DNA of 64,000 nucleotides from Azolla caroliniana (lineage: Eukaryota > Plantae > Polypodiophyta): contig JBHGNT010000012.1 in the NCBI GenBank assembly GCA_043228905.1, positions 2,170,001-2,234,000 of the forward strand, in the 5' to 3' direction. Of the stretch, positions 24,398 through 36,708 are shown one piece after another (position 1 is the first letter of the stretch; each line of letters opens with the position of its first letter). The notes beneath the pieces were generated by a model, which saw only the letters and a list, made by a program, of their open reading frames with translations, had not been told where the DNA came from and did not search any database. The translations under genes and the position numbers were made by a program.

Positions 24398-27300
24398 GTC
24401 CAGCCAAAATAGGAGCCGTTTGGTTGGACAGCCCTAGATCTGTGCAGCCCATTAGTGGTTCCATTCCCTCTAAGCAAGTTAGTGATGTGTTCGTAGCCCA
24501 AGTAGCAGTTAGTACTAAAAGTACCCCTCCAGTACATACCTTAGCCCTTCTAGATTCCGGAGCTAATTCTTGCTTCATGGATAGGAATTTTGCCCGAGCT
24601 CATCAGATATCTCTCAGAAAGCTCCCATGTCCAGCCTCAGTAGTAGTCATTGATGGTCGTCCCATTGCTTCTGGTAATATCATAGAAGAGTCGGAACCCG
24701 TTAATATTGTCCTAGATAACTTAACATGTGTAGTATCATTTAATATTATTAGTATTCCAGAACATCCCATAGTTTTAGGATTACCATGGTTCGAGTTACA
24801 TAACCCAGACATAGATTGGAGGACAAGGGAAATCCGGTTGCGACAAACCCAAGGATCTACCCAGAAGGTTGCAACCATTTCGCTACGTCAGTTGCGTGAG
24901 GAAGGGCGCAAGGAGGAAATGTTTCTCTTCGCAATATCAGTACAACCCTCCAGTACCACCAAAGAGGAGTCCACCGTTCAACTTCCCGAGAAGTATCGTC
25001 AGTATGCTGATGTGTTCGATAAAGTACAAGCCAACACACTTCCTCATCATCGGCCGTACGATTGCGCCATCGACTTACAACCGGGAAAAGAGCCGCCATG
25101 GGGGCCGATCTACAATTTGTCACCAACCGAGCTAGAAGTCCTTCGAGCCTATATAGAGGAGAATTTGGAGAACGGTTTCATTCGGCATTCGAAATCTCCA
25201 GCCGGCGCACCCATTTTCTTCGTCAAGAAAAAAGATGGCTCGCTTCGACTCGTTGTAGATTACCGTGGCTTGAATAAGGTCACAGTAAGAAATAGGTATG
25301 CTCTTCCCCTTATCTCAAGTCTTTTAGAACGGATCAACGGTGCCAGGTTCTTCACGAAGATCGACTTACGAGGAGCCTATAACCTCGTACGGATCCGACC
25401 AGGAGATGAATGGAAGACCGCGTTTCGCACCAGATATGGGCACTTCGAGTATACGGTCATGCCGTTCGGACTCACTAATGCGCCGGCAGTCTTCCAGCAC
25501 ATGGCGAATGATATATTTCGAGATCTCTTGGATGATTTTTTGATCATCTATTTGGATGATCTACTGGTTTATTCAAAGACCCAAGAAGAACATGATTCTC
25601 ATGTACTATTAGTACTAAAACGACTTCGAGAACATGGTCTGTATGCAAAGTTAGAGAAATGTAGTTTCGGGTGCAACCAAGTGGAGTTTCTCGGCTATGT
25701 CATCTCCTCAGAAGGCATATCTATGGACCCAGCCAAGGTCAAAACGGTGATAGAATGGCACACTCCGCGTTCGGTGCGGGATGTGCAATGCTTCCTAGGC
25801 TTTGCAAATTTTTACCGGAAGTTCATACAAAATTACTCAAAAATTGTGCTGCCTCTCACACAGCTCACCAGGAAGGGACAATCATTCATTTGGTCTAAAG
25901 AGACGGACATGGCTTTCGAGAGTCTTAAGAAGGCGTTTACATCAGCTCCAATTTTAGGTCATGTGGATCCGGAAAAAACATTCATTATCGAAGCTGACGC
26001 ATCGGATTTCGCATTGGGGAGCATTCTGTCACAACAGGGTAACGACGAGAAGCTACATCCTGTGGCTTTCCACTCCCGTAAGTTTGACGCCGCCGAAATC
26101 AACTACGAAATTCATGATAAAGAGCTATTAGCAATAGTTGATTCTTTTATGCAATGGAGGCATTTCCTGGAGGGATCTCCTCATCAGGTCACTGTATTCA
26201 GTGACCACAAGAACCTTGCCTACTTTCAAGATGCTCGTGTACTGAATCGACGTCAAGCTCGGTGGGCCCACTTCCTCACACGCTTCGACTTCAAAATTAC
26301 ATATCGTCCGGGGAAGCACCAAGGGAAGGCAGATGCATTATCACGGCGTTCGTATCTAACACCACGTCCCGGTGAGCCAGCTTTCGATAACCAGAAGCAA
26401 GTAATCTTGGGTCCAGCACGACTGCAAGCAGCACAGGTCTTCGACATGCCCGTGGATTCCGACATTACCAATACTATACGTGAGGACTTGAAGACTGACG
26501 CTTTCGCCCAAGCTATACTAGCACAAATTGACCCCTCTCGAGCGTCATGTTCACAATCACAATCACCAGGTACGGATTATCGGCAATTCAAATACTGTGA
26601 TGGATTACTCTTCTTTAAAGAACTTTTGTATGTTCCTAATGGTTCTTGCCGCCTTCGAGTAGTACAAAACTGCCATGACACATATACAGCAGGACATTTT
26701 GGTAGTACTAAAACATTAGATTTAGTACAACGATCATTCTGGTGGCCCCGTATGCGACAATTTGTCGAAGATTTTGTTCGGACTTGCGATACATGCTGCA
26801 GAGCGAAAATGCCAAGACATCATCCATATGGTTTATTGGAACCATTACCAATTCCAAGCAAGCCATGGCAATCCATTGCTCTTGACTTCATTACAGATCT
26901 TCCAGTCTCTAAGGGATTCAGTGCGATTCTCACAGTGGTGGATCGATATACAAAGATGGCTCATTTCTTACCATGTACTAAAGAAATATCTAGTGAAGAC
27001 ACCGCCGAAATTGTCATGCGGGAAGTATGTCGGCATCATGGACTCCCTGATAATATCATCAGCGATCGTGGACCCCAGTTTGTGTCAAAATTCTGGAAGC
27101 ACCTTTTTAAAATGTTGAAGGTCACTTGTCACCTCTCCTCCGGCTACCACCCACAAACCGACGGTCAAGCTGAACGAACAAATCAAACACTGGAGCAGTA
27201 TCTGCGGTGCTTTCTCAACTATCATCAGAATGACTGGGCAGATATTCTTCAGTTCGCCGAATTTGCCTATAATAACGCTATCCACGCATCGACTCAAGTC

Positions 27301-27981
27301 ACGCCATTCTACGCTTATACAGGATATCATCCCCGGTGGTGTGTCCTTGAAACCCCAGAAGTGTCCACAAATCCTTGCGCGGAGGATCGTTTGGAGCGGT
27401 TACGCAAGATACAAGCGGATTTATCTACTCAACTCCAGCAAGCTCAACAATCACACAAGGACTACGCAGATCGTCATCGACTTCCATCCAGTTTTAACAT
27501 TGGAGATCGGGTGTGGCTGCTACGACGACACATCAAGACTACTCGCCCATGTGAGAAGTTGGATTATCGGCGATTAGGTCCTTTCCGTATTATCGGGAAG
27601 ATTAATGATGTCGCTTTTCGTCTCGAGCTACCTCCGCAACTTCGGATACATCCGGTGTTTCATAGTTCTCTCCTCGAACCCTATCACGAGAGCACTATCC
27701 CAGGACGTACTATACAACCACCACCTCCTATCGAGCTCGAAGATGGACCTGAGTATGAGGTCGCTGCCATCCTCGATTCCAAGATTGTTCGCAACAAGCT
27801 CTACTATCTAGTCGATTGGCTAGGATATAGTCCCAGCGAGCGTACTTGGGAACCGATCGAGAATGTGACCAATGCTCGTGCTCTTCTAGAAGACTTCCAT
27901 CGACGATATCCCGAGAAACCGGGTCCTCAATCCAAAACGACTCGTGGAACTCGTCGTTTTAAAGGGGGGATAGTGTCATAA
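24370..27981 (+). CDS. pol: Chromovirus Pol (PR-RT-RH-IN-chromodomain) in the -1 frame
   Basis: LLDSGA, YLDD, ADASDFA, HHCC/DDE integrase, YEVAAILD...YLVDWLGY...TWEP. The frame is open from 24370 and overlaps the gag end. Confidence 0.95.
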   Translation, partial: PIRRRVKRLSPAKIGAVWLDSPRSVQPISGSIPSKQVSDVFVAQVAVSTKSTPPVHTLALLDSGANSCFMDRNFARAHQISLRKLPCPASVVVIDGRPIASGNIIEESEPVNIVLDNLTCVVSFNIISIPEHPIVLGLPWFELHNPDIDWRTREIRLRQTQGSTQKVATISLRQLREEGRKEEMFLFAISVQPSSTTKEESTVQLPEKYRQYADVFDKVQANTLPHHRPYDCAIDLQPGKEPPWGPIYNLSPTELEVLRAYIEENLENGFIRHSKSPAGAPIFFVKKKDGSLRLVVDYRGLNKVTVRNRYALPLISSLLERINGARFFTKIDLRGAYNLVRIRPGDEWKTAFRTRYGHFEYTVMPFGLTNAPAVFQHMANDIFRDLLDDFLIIYLDDLLVYSKTQEEHDSHVLLVLKRLREHGLYAKLEKCSFGCNQVEFLGYVISSEGISMDPAKVKTVIEWHTPRSVRDVQCFLGFANFYRKFIQNYSKIVLPLTQLTRKGQSFIWSKETDMAFESLKKAFTSAPILGHVDPEKTFIIEADASDFALGSILSQQGNDEKLHPVAFHSRKFDAAEINYEIHDKELLAIVDSFMQWRHFLEGSPHQVTVFSDHKNLAYFQDARVLNRRQARWAHFLTRFDFKITYRPGKHQGKADALSRRSYLTPRPGEPAFDNQKQVILGPARLQAAQVFDMPVDSDITNTIREDLKTDAFAQAILAQIDPSRASCSQSQSPGTDYRQFKYCDGLLFFKELLYVPNGSCRLRVVQNCHDTYTAGHFGSTKTLDLVQRSFWWPRMRQFVEDFVRTCDTCCRAKMPRHHPYGLLEPLPIPSKPWQSIALDFITDLPVSKGFSAILTVVDRYTKMAHFLPCTKEISSEDTAEIVMREVCRHHGLPDNIISDRGPQFVSKFWKHLFKMLKVTCHLSSGYHPQTDGQAERTNQTLEQYLRCFLNYHQNDWADILQFAEFAYNNAIHASTQVTPFYAYTGYHPRWCVLETPEVSTNPCAEDRLERLRKIQADLSTQLQQAQQSHKDYADRHRLPSSFNIGDRVWLLRRHIKTTRPCEKLDYRRLGPFRIIGKINDVAFRLELPPQLRIHPVFHSSLLEPYHESTIPGRTIQPPPPIELEDGPEYEVAAILDSKIVRNKLYYLVDWLGYSPSERTWEPIENVTNARALLEDFHRRYPEKPGPQSKTTRGTRRFKGGIVS
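24385..24436 (+). promoter_or_regulatory. -1 ribosomal frameshift signal (gag/pol)
   Basis: G_TTA_AAC heptamer, 6-nt spacer, 11-bp stem GTCCAGCCAAA/TTTGGTTGGAC. Confidence 0.78.
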
Positions 27982-28263
27982 CTAGACTCGAACCCATAAC
28001 CTTTTGTTACACGGGTCGAGACTTTACCATTAGGTTATGAATTGTAATTTGAAGGATATTATTTTCATTTAGGTTTTATTAGGAAATTGATGTATATTCC
28101 AGATTTCTCTGGAACATTCTAGAAACTTCAGGAGTATTCCTGAAGACACTATAAAAGGAGGCGCAAGGCATTAGTTCGAATTAAATCGGTTCAACGCCAG
28201 TCTTAAGCCTTCTAACTACTGTTGTATATCTTCCTTCATATAATACATATACCTTTCGCATCA

Positions 28264-28305
<42 letters not shown>

Positions 28306-28438
28306 ACCCATTCCTTCTCTCAAAGTTCGACACCTCTCATAGTACTAATCCTTCTCTGTCTTAGTACTATTCCCCGACAATAGTACTAATCCTTCTTTTA
28401 GTACTAATTCCTTCTCTGCCTTAATAGAGTTCCTGACA
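27974..28438 (+). repeat. Chromovirus 3' LTR
   Basis: Direct repeat of 22658-23122. Confidence 0.96.
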
Positions 28439-28443
28439 GCAAG

Positions 28444-31193
28444 AGAAGTGGAGAACGGGACGGATGCCGAGTAGCTTCAATGAAGGCTTGATCTACTTGA
28501 TTCCAAAATCGGAGATTGTGCTGCATGAGATTAAGCAATGGAGGCCCATTACAATTTTAAACCTAATTTATAAAAAATTTGCTAACATATTAGTGTAGAG
28601 AATCAAGCCCTTCCTAGGCGATATCATCCAATCCAATCAAACTGGTTTCATGGAGCATCGTTCTATTATGGACAACGTGATTTTGTTTTGGGAGGCTGTT
28701 GCAACGGCGAAGGTGACCAATCAAAACTTAGCCTGTCTGATGCTCGACTTCGAGAAAGCCTATGATCGAGTGCAATGGTCTTTCTTGGAAGAAGTGATGA
28801 AGGTCATTGAGCTACCATTGGAATGGAGGTGTGCTGCCCAAGCCTTATATAGGAATGGCTCGAGTAAGGTGCTGATTGCAAGGAGGAAAGGAGCTCAAAT
28901 CATTCTTACTCGATCCATCAGGCAGGGTTGTCCTCTTGCCCCCTTTCTTTTCCTTTTTATTATTGAAGCAATGTCTGCCCTTTTTAATAGCCAAGGGGCA
29001 AATCTTCATGGTCTTTCGATCCCTAACGCAAGGAAGTCCCTACTGGATTCAGAGTTCGCGGACAATACGATGCTATACCTCCAAGGAAATGAAGCGAATC
29101 TTGAGAGGGCACAGAGTGCTATTGAGCTCATTTGCAAGGCATCGGGAGCGTCCATTAATTGGAAGAAGTCCAAGGGTTTTTGGATCAGCTTGGAGCCCGA
29201 GCCTATTTGGAAGCCAAATGCTGAATTCAAATGGATTGCAAACGGGGAAGCCACTAGGTATCTGGGAACGTGGATTGGGGTAGATATCGATAAGGGAATT
29301 CAGCTGCAACATATTCAAAGCAAAATCTGTGACAAAATTCGCAACTGGTCAGGGATGAACTTATCATTGGCTAGCAGGATCATAGTAGCTAACCATGTGC
29401 TTTTGTCTACATTATGGCATGCAGTTTCAGTGTGGATGTTTGACAAGCAAGCTATTCATACTGTTAAAGCGTGTATTAGGGGATTTCTTTGGGCTGGGAT
29501 GAGGAAAGACAATGCGGCAGCCAAAGTATCATGGTCCACATTGATTCTTCCCAAGAGTAAGGGGGGTTTAGGATTGGTTGACCCTGGATTGCAGAGTCAG
29601 GCATTGTTATGTAAGATATTGGTAAGAAGCTTGCTACCTGGTGATGAGTTATGGAAAACATTGATACATAATAGGAGCATGCTATGGAGTCCAAGACTGG
29701 GTGGGCAATGGAAGTCACACAAAGCGTGTCCTTTTTGCATGGACTTAAAATTGAGGAAATCTAACCGATTGGCTGATCGTACTTGTATGTCAGTGATGCA
29801 GGCGTGGAGTATGCTTCGTGGGCATCTAAGTCGGAATCGTCCAAGTACTAGTGCTGAATGGATGCGCCAACCCCTATTGTGGAACGAGACCGTGCAATCG
29901 CCAGAAGGAATGATGCTTGGACAAAGCAAGCGCATGCCGTGGGCTATATTGCATTGTCTAGGGATACACTCGGTGGCTGATTGGTTGCGGCTGTCCGGCA
30001 GTAATCGTGATCAATTATATGAAGACATGGGAAAGGTCAGAAATGGCAGAAAGATGCTTGACGTAGTCAATACAACTGTCTCCTCGCTTCCTATTGGTAA
30101 TGAGGAAGAGGGTGAATGGTCTGGACAATGTGATGGTACCGGAAATATTATCAATGTCAGGGGTCTAGGAAAGAGTGGGAAGACCGTCCTGATGGGATTA
30201 TTAGATGAAAGTGCAGGCTGGTACCCTATTAGAATTGTGGCAAGACACGGAAAGAAATGGAAGGTGAATCCACCTGTCGAAGAGGTCGAGGAGGATTGGA
30301 TCTTGTACGTGGTTGAAGGCAAGCCTCTCGAGCGCGTAGAATGGGATCCCGCTGAATATAGGTGGAAGGGAGAACAAGCTAAATCACTAGGTTTCTTCGA
30401 ATACTCGACGCGCTTGGGGAGAAAGTTAGGTTCGTATCGTGAGAAATGTGCCAACAAGTGGACCCATGCAGCTATCGATTCAGTCTTCGTGGATAGAACA
30501 AGGAGCAGGATACGGAACTCATCCCTTCCCGAGCGGATCAAAGTGTTTTTCTGGTTAATCACCCATCGGGCTGTTCCAACGGGAGAGTGGCTTGGGAATA
30601 GAGGCGGCATGAGTGGTTGCAAGGCGTGTAGTGCGAGCTTGGAGGACATCGCTCATTGTTTGTGGTGATGCCCACGAGCGCAAGAAATCTGGCTGAGGAG
30701 CTTAAGAATCTTGGCTCGTTTTGGGGTTGAGGTTCATGTATCGAGCGCAGCAATCACTTGGCTGGCCACCGAATCGGCCTCATGGTTTCAAGGGTGGAAT
30801 GGAAACGGTCCTTCTTTAATGGTGAAGCAAGGATCTGTGCAACCAACAACGCAAGGAGGTTTATTCTTCTTACAAGAACGCTACGTGGACATATGGGTAT
30901 TAGTGGTCGGCCTTACGGTCTGGCAAGTGTGGGTATCTCGGTGCAAGGAGACCCTCGCAGGTAAACGAACCCCACCGGCTGAGAATTTAATGATGATATG
31001 GTTTAATCTTATTTCTATGTTGCGAGGTGAGTTTGAAAGTCTTCAAGGGCCATCTGATGCAAGTGAAGAAGCTAGAGCTCGATTCCTTCGGAAATGGAGC
31101 GGTTCGTCGATGCTGCAGATAATGGATGGTAAAGTGAAGTGGAATTATCAACCACCGTGGTGGCTGTTCCCTCCAAGTGTTCCTAACATCTAG
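28444..31193 (+). pseudogene. LINE ORF2 RT and C-terminal region, disabled
   Basis: WRPITILN, QTGF, LDFEKAYDRV, IRQGCPLAP, FADN (catalytic DD altered), RYLG, CxxC...HCLW*C. Stops at ~28597 and 30666; most of the EN-RT linker is missing. Confidence 0.92.
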
Positions 31194-32309
31194 ATGGGTG
31201 CTGCCATGAGGAGCGAATGGAGGACATCTATGCTGAATTCTGTTTTGTATGAGGCTCACGTGGAGAATATGTGTTCAAGTAATGCTATACACATAGAATG
31301 ATGTGGTGTTTTGGAGTTGTTTTTTTATGTTGTTTCATCTACACATTGTTTTCCTTTGACATGCAAGATGTCTTGTAAGATATGAGTTGTAAATGATTCC
31401 TTTGTACATTCTTAACTAATGGAAGTAGATGTTTTTGGAAAAAAAAAAAAAGATATGTCAGGTAGAGCATTCAATTTCCTCTAGAGTGTGGAAAGCTGAA
31501 ATTTGATAAAGAAATAAAAGAGGGAAAACAATTATGTGCACAATTGTGACTAGTGACAATTGAGAACCCATTGTATCTGAAATATGCTAGGTTTTGATGA
31601 TCAGTGTATAAAATCATTGATGAGGGCAACCTTTAAGAAGTCTTTGTTGAAAAAGAGTGAAATGTGAGATTTTGTTATAAGTTTCTCATCATAAATAGGA
31701 TCTCAATTGTATGTTCATGGTTATCGATGATAATGAAAAAATGGTTATCTCTTGGTTGTTAGACCTCGACTCGAGAAAGGTTACAATTTCATTGTTCAAA
31801 ACATCCCTAAGTCTTCCATTGAACGAAGGACGTAATTGGGTGTAACTCGTAATCATTCCACTGTAATGAGATACTGTCAACCAAAGCCTCTAAATTTAAT
31901 TTTGCCACCTCACATACTTAGTTATTTCTACATCCTTGGATGATCTAACCTTTACTAAGCCTATATTGATTGATCTCTTGAAGTTTTCTTATTGTCAATG
32001 GCTACACCTCAATGCAACATGGAAGCATTAACATATTTATGTTTAGTTATGAGAAACACTTTCTTCCCACTCAAACATAATGTTGCTTCTTTGGATTGAT
32101 AAAACATAAATAGTCACAATCTAGCTTTTTTTCTCGTTACTCCAAGTTGAGCAATAACACTCATTGTTTTTATCTACATATGTAAATATGTAAATTATCT
32201 TGACATTCTATATAAGTAAAATTCATCAAGGACCTCTTTGTGTTAGAGCCTGTAATAATGGATACTATTTTCACAATCACAACATTATCTTATCTTCTAT
32301 TGGTATTGG

Positions 32310-35300
32310 TCAAAAGAGAGAGTTGTAAGAATAGGTTGTAAATATCAAGGAGACTAGCCCTATAAGCAATGCGGGTGCAATGGTGACATTTACAATGAAA
32401 GAGGTTCCCAAGTAGCCGGCAAAGGTGATGGTACCATCGGCAACAACTCTAGCTAGAGTACCAGCTTCTGTAGACAGTAAACCATTATTGTATGTGCCCC
32501 GTGTGAGGCGTACTGACATGACCTTTGATAACAATGATAAGTTCACGCCTATCAAATGAACACTAGCTTATTAAATGCAATACATAATACTTCATGCTCA
32601 TTCATTCAAGATACATATATACAAATGTATGTACATATATACTTGCCTTCCAAAACTTCTGCTCCCACAAATGTGATCAAAGATCCTGTAACATATTGTG
32701 CTACTGTATATGGCACTGGTCCAACAAAGCATATTGTTAACCCCAAGCATGTAAAAACTTGTGATGCAAAAAGGATTTGCCTGCAGAGATTTATGGAGGT
32801 AAGCATTAATGCATAATTAAGTTTCCATTTTTGTTTTCATTAACTAGCAAAATAGGATAATGAGTTAATTCTTTTGGGGCTAACTTGATTTATACCTGTC
32901 CTCGAAGATGTTGCTAATGTAGCTTCCCACAAGAAAGTTAATTGGCAATACCGTTAATCCAAGAAGTGCAAGAAATGCAGCTACAGCTTGCGTAGTCCAA
33001 CCAAAATAGTATGATGTAACGACACTTGATTCCGAAAGGACAATTTCCATGGCATACTTCAACATAAAATAGATCAAAAGTTGAACCTGTCATAATATAA
33101 AAAGAAACTTATAATAAAAGATACAAATGTCTAGTTGGTGAGCTCTGATATATTGTACAACTACAATTATACTCCATATGAGGAAACATGCTATAATGAA
33201 GTTGATTAATGTACTAGGGAACATTACAAATTTGCTTGTTATAATATCAAAAGAAGCTTATAATAAAAGTTGCCAATGTCTAGGTAGTGGACTCTATAGA
33301 TTGTACAACCATAATATTCCGTATGAGACATAAACTGCAATGAAGTTTATTGTTGTACTATAGAACCTTACAAATTCACCAAGTGGGAAAGAGCCATATT
33401 CGCTTCTGTTTCCATTGTGTGCAACATTAAGAGTTGCCACATTCACATACCTATCTATCTAGGTAAAAGAAAATTATTAGGGCACCCCCCCATAGTGGGA
33501 AATTAATTTCTAAGATTTTTTGAGATAGAAAATGAGGAATATTGCAAAAGTTATTCTTTATTATACCTTTACAGGTGTTGTCAAAAGACTATATGCTTGT
33601 GCAATTGATGTCACAGGAGATTCATCATCCTTCTCATCGTTGCCACTCTCAACACCAACATCTTCATAGTCATATAATTCATCTTGTATAGCAACACCAT
33701 CTTGAATTGAATCTAATAATGATTGAGTCAATTTGTCATCTACTTGTATGGGAGGTCGTGGCTCAACATGTCCATTAGTGTTGTTGGTAATAATTGATGT
33801 CTTCGACTTACGATTGATAGTTTTGGTGGTCACTAGCCTAATGGGTTCCTTGAAACCTATTAGAGCCCATACAATGTATACCAACCAAGCCATAGCCATG
33901 ACCCACCCTGGAAGTGTGTTTGCATTAAATGTTAATCCTACAAATGATTTGTCCATTTCAAGCACTCCTGCTAATGCAGGCCCTGTTGCCATGCCCAAAG
34001 CACTTGCACTTACAAAGCCCGCTGAAGCTTTTAAACGCATATTTGTTGGGACCCAATCACTAATATACCGCCTGTTAATTGCTCTTGCAGACCCTAATCT
34101 GCATTCATGTAAGTGCATTAAAATTAGCAAGTTTATAATCTCATGTCAACTGATTTCCATCATGATTATAATGTTACAATATGACATGTGTTCACTATAT
34201 GGTATTTAAAAAGCTCCTAAGTTTGAAGATTGTGCATGTGCACATGGGTAAGTATAAAATTTTGGTATACTACACGGAATTTATAAAACCCCTAAGTGTA
34301 CACATGATGCATGTCCATCAGAGTAGCATTTAGGGGATCTGGAAAGCGTTCACAAGAATTCCACATATAACATGTTTTTCTAAAATGGCCACATGCACAC
34401 ATGATGAATATGCAGGGTTTACATAATCATTTTGACTATTGTTTTTTTACAAACTTCCTCCCTTTTGAGGCAAATCATACCACATCCTTTCCAATGGTAT
34501 TTCAAGCAACATTTATTATTAGATTGAATTTCCCTTACTAGAGGTATTATATGTAAGGAAGAGTACATGATATTACCCGCACAAAATCCGCCCAAGAATA
34601 AGAAGTGAAAGCGATCGGAAGTCATATGCTATTGCATACAACAAATTCCCTAGTAGTAAAACTACACTGCTAAAAATGAGAGGATAATTGTAAGATGTGT
34701 TTGACCAAGCACTGAAGTAAACCGATGAAATGAGTTGTGTGACTGCCATGGAACCAATGATGACCCCACACAATGTTGGTGCAGCTCCAAGGCTATAGGC
34801 GTATTTGTCGGCCGTAGGTACAATAATATATGTGTTGACCATGTAAAGGAAAGTATTCACGAGGTTGAGAAGTAAAGACATAAAATCATATTGTCGGCGA
34901 ATGAAGTCATCTTCATCCCCGAGAAATTCTTCTTCTTTATCAACATCGAGGAGTTGCTTTGCCACATACTTGAGGAAATTAGTAGAATTTGTTAACCTCT
35001 CTTGAGCTACTTTGATAGAATGAATTATTGGATCCTGTATTATTTAGAGAAATTAACTAGTTTAATGAGGAGCAACTTTGTGTCATTTTGAGTATGTAGT
35101 ACACTTGCAAGCCTATTCATTTTTTGTCAATTAGGATGAAATTAGGTTAACGAACCTCGACGGCGATGAAACGTTTGGGTTCATCGTAAAGAGATGTTGT
35201 TTGATGTTCTAGCTCTGCTATGCTTCGAGTAAGTGCACCAACCATGGCACCTATACCCTATAAAAATGAGTCAATTTTTAAAATCAATGATCACTGCTTG

Positions 35301-36708
35301 CATGCTATGTATAAAACATCACATTTATATTGATTGACAATATGAAATATATTAGCTTCAAAGTGGTCCAAGTGTAAAGTCATAAGAAGTTTTAAACATT
35401 TCCAAAGTGGGATCAAAGAGCTCCAAGGTTTCTCAATGATATAAAATGTTGATCTCTAGTTACAAAATGCTCTTCCACATTATGAGCTTCAACAAGTGAG
35501 CTCAGATTAGTTATAGACAATGTCACCACATGAAGAGCCCTAATAGAGTGTTGTAATTTATGAGCTTTTGTAAGTGAGGCACTCTAACCTAGATATCTCC
35601 AACAAGGTACTTACAAGCACATTAACCACCCACTCATCCCCAACTCCACACACTTTGAGTATCTAGGTGTATGGAGTTATCCCACTTGATCACAAAACCT
35701 GGCATGGTGATATATTAGGTCAAGGTTAAAATTGTGTAATAATTTGAATGGTGGCCCCTTGACTACAAAACCTAGGCATGATAATATGTTAGGCCAAGGT
35801 TTAAATTGTGTAATAATTTGAATGATGGCTCCTTAAAAGTACAAAACCTAGCATGAGAAAATATTAGGCCAAGGTTAAGATTGTGTAATAATTTGAATGG
35901 AGGACCTAAGACATTGACACAACATCATCCTCCACGGCTACTCAAGGCAAACATTGAAACGTCGATGAGTGTGCGCGGAGGTGTGTATCATAGGTACATG
36001 CGTAGTTGGCTCTAGGTACTTAGACTAGTAGTTACTGACCACGTGCCTGAAAACTTGTTGTAATTGGGAGTAGGGGTGATTGGAGCGGCTCGCAACGTAG
36101 TAGTCGGTCAATGCATGGGCCGCTCTCTTGTCGAACTTCTTAAGGATCTTCCGGATCCCGGTTGCGTTGATCTCGACATAATTAAGGAGATCAAGGAGTT
36201 GGCCACCCACGGCCCGATAGGCTTCCACACATTGGGAGGCTTTTTCCCCGTGGTCATTGTCCGTGTCCGTGTCCGTGCCATGTCCTAAGGCCTCGCGCTC
36301 AGCTCCGAGGGCCGATAAGCGTGCCGCGAGTTGGCCTTGTTGCTCAAGTAGGAAGAGTACGATCTTCTCGATCTGCCAGTCGAGGAGCCTCGCAAACTCC
36401 CTCCTCATCTTCTTGTTGTGCTCTCCGTCTTGGGCATGGTCATAGTGGTCCACATAATCCTTCAATTTCCTCTTCATCATCTTGTAGTTGATGTAGTAGC
36501 TTTGGGGGGTGGGGGTGGGAGAGAGATCAAGCAACAAAATCAAACATCCCACATTTAGCATAAAAAATCTCTGAGACTCTCTCATCAATCCATCCAATTT
36601 GCAAAACCAAACAAAAGGCACACACAAGAAAAAAAAGAAGAAAAAAAGGACTTACTGTTTCCATTCAGGATTTTGAGCTTCCCTCAATCTCTTACCAAAT
36701 CCCACCAT
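32310..36708 (-). CDS. SPX-MFS: SPX-MFS vacuolar phosphate transporter (PHT5/VPT family); exons 36708-36656, 36499-36040, 35257-35156, 35034-34577, 34098-33567, 33086-32896, 32780-32647, 32548-32310
   Basis: MVGFGKRL...[11 protein letters not shown] and [15 protein letters not shown] (SPX); [10 protein letters not shown]; [63 protein letters not shown] (MFS). All exon phases are compatible. Confidence 0.95.
35693..35905. repeat. ~72-bp tandem repeat x3 in SPX-MFS intron 2
   Basis: CAAAACCT..GCATG...TTAGG.CAAGGTT..ATTGTGTAATAATTTGAATG occurs three times. Confidence 0.85.

Larger units (their letters stand above)
22658..28438 (+). mobile_element. Intact Ty3/gypsy chromovirus (Tcn1/Tf1-sushi-like)
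   Basis: 465-bp LTRs TGT...ACA; 5-bp TSD GCAAG (22653-22657, 28439-28443); PPT AAAGGGGGGATAG; uninterrupted gag and pol with chromodomain. Confidence 0.97.
19658..31449 (+). mobile_element. L1-like LINE with both ends present, internally deleted and interrupted by a chromovirus
   Basis: 13-bp TSD AAGATATGTCAGG (19645-19657 and 31450-31462), 3' poly(A), ORF1 and ORF2 (APE endonuclease, RT, zf-RVT). Confidence 0.95.
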
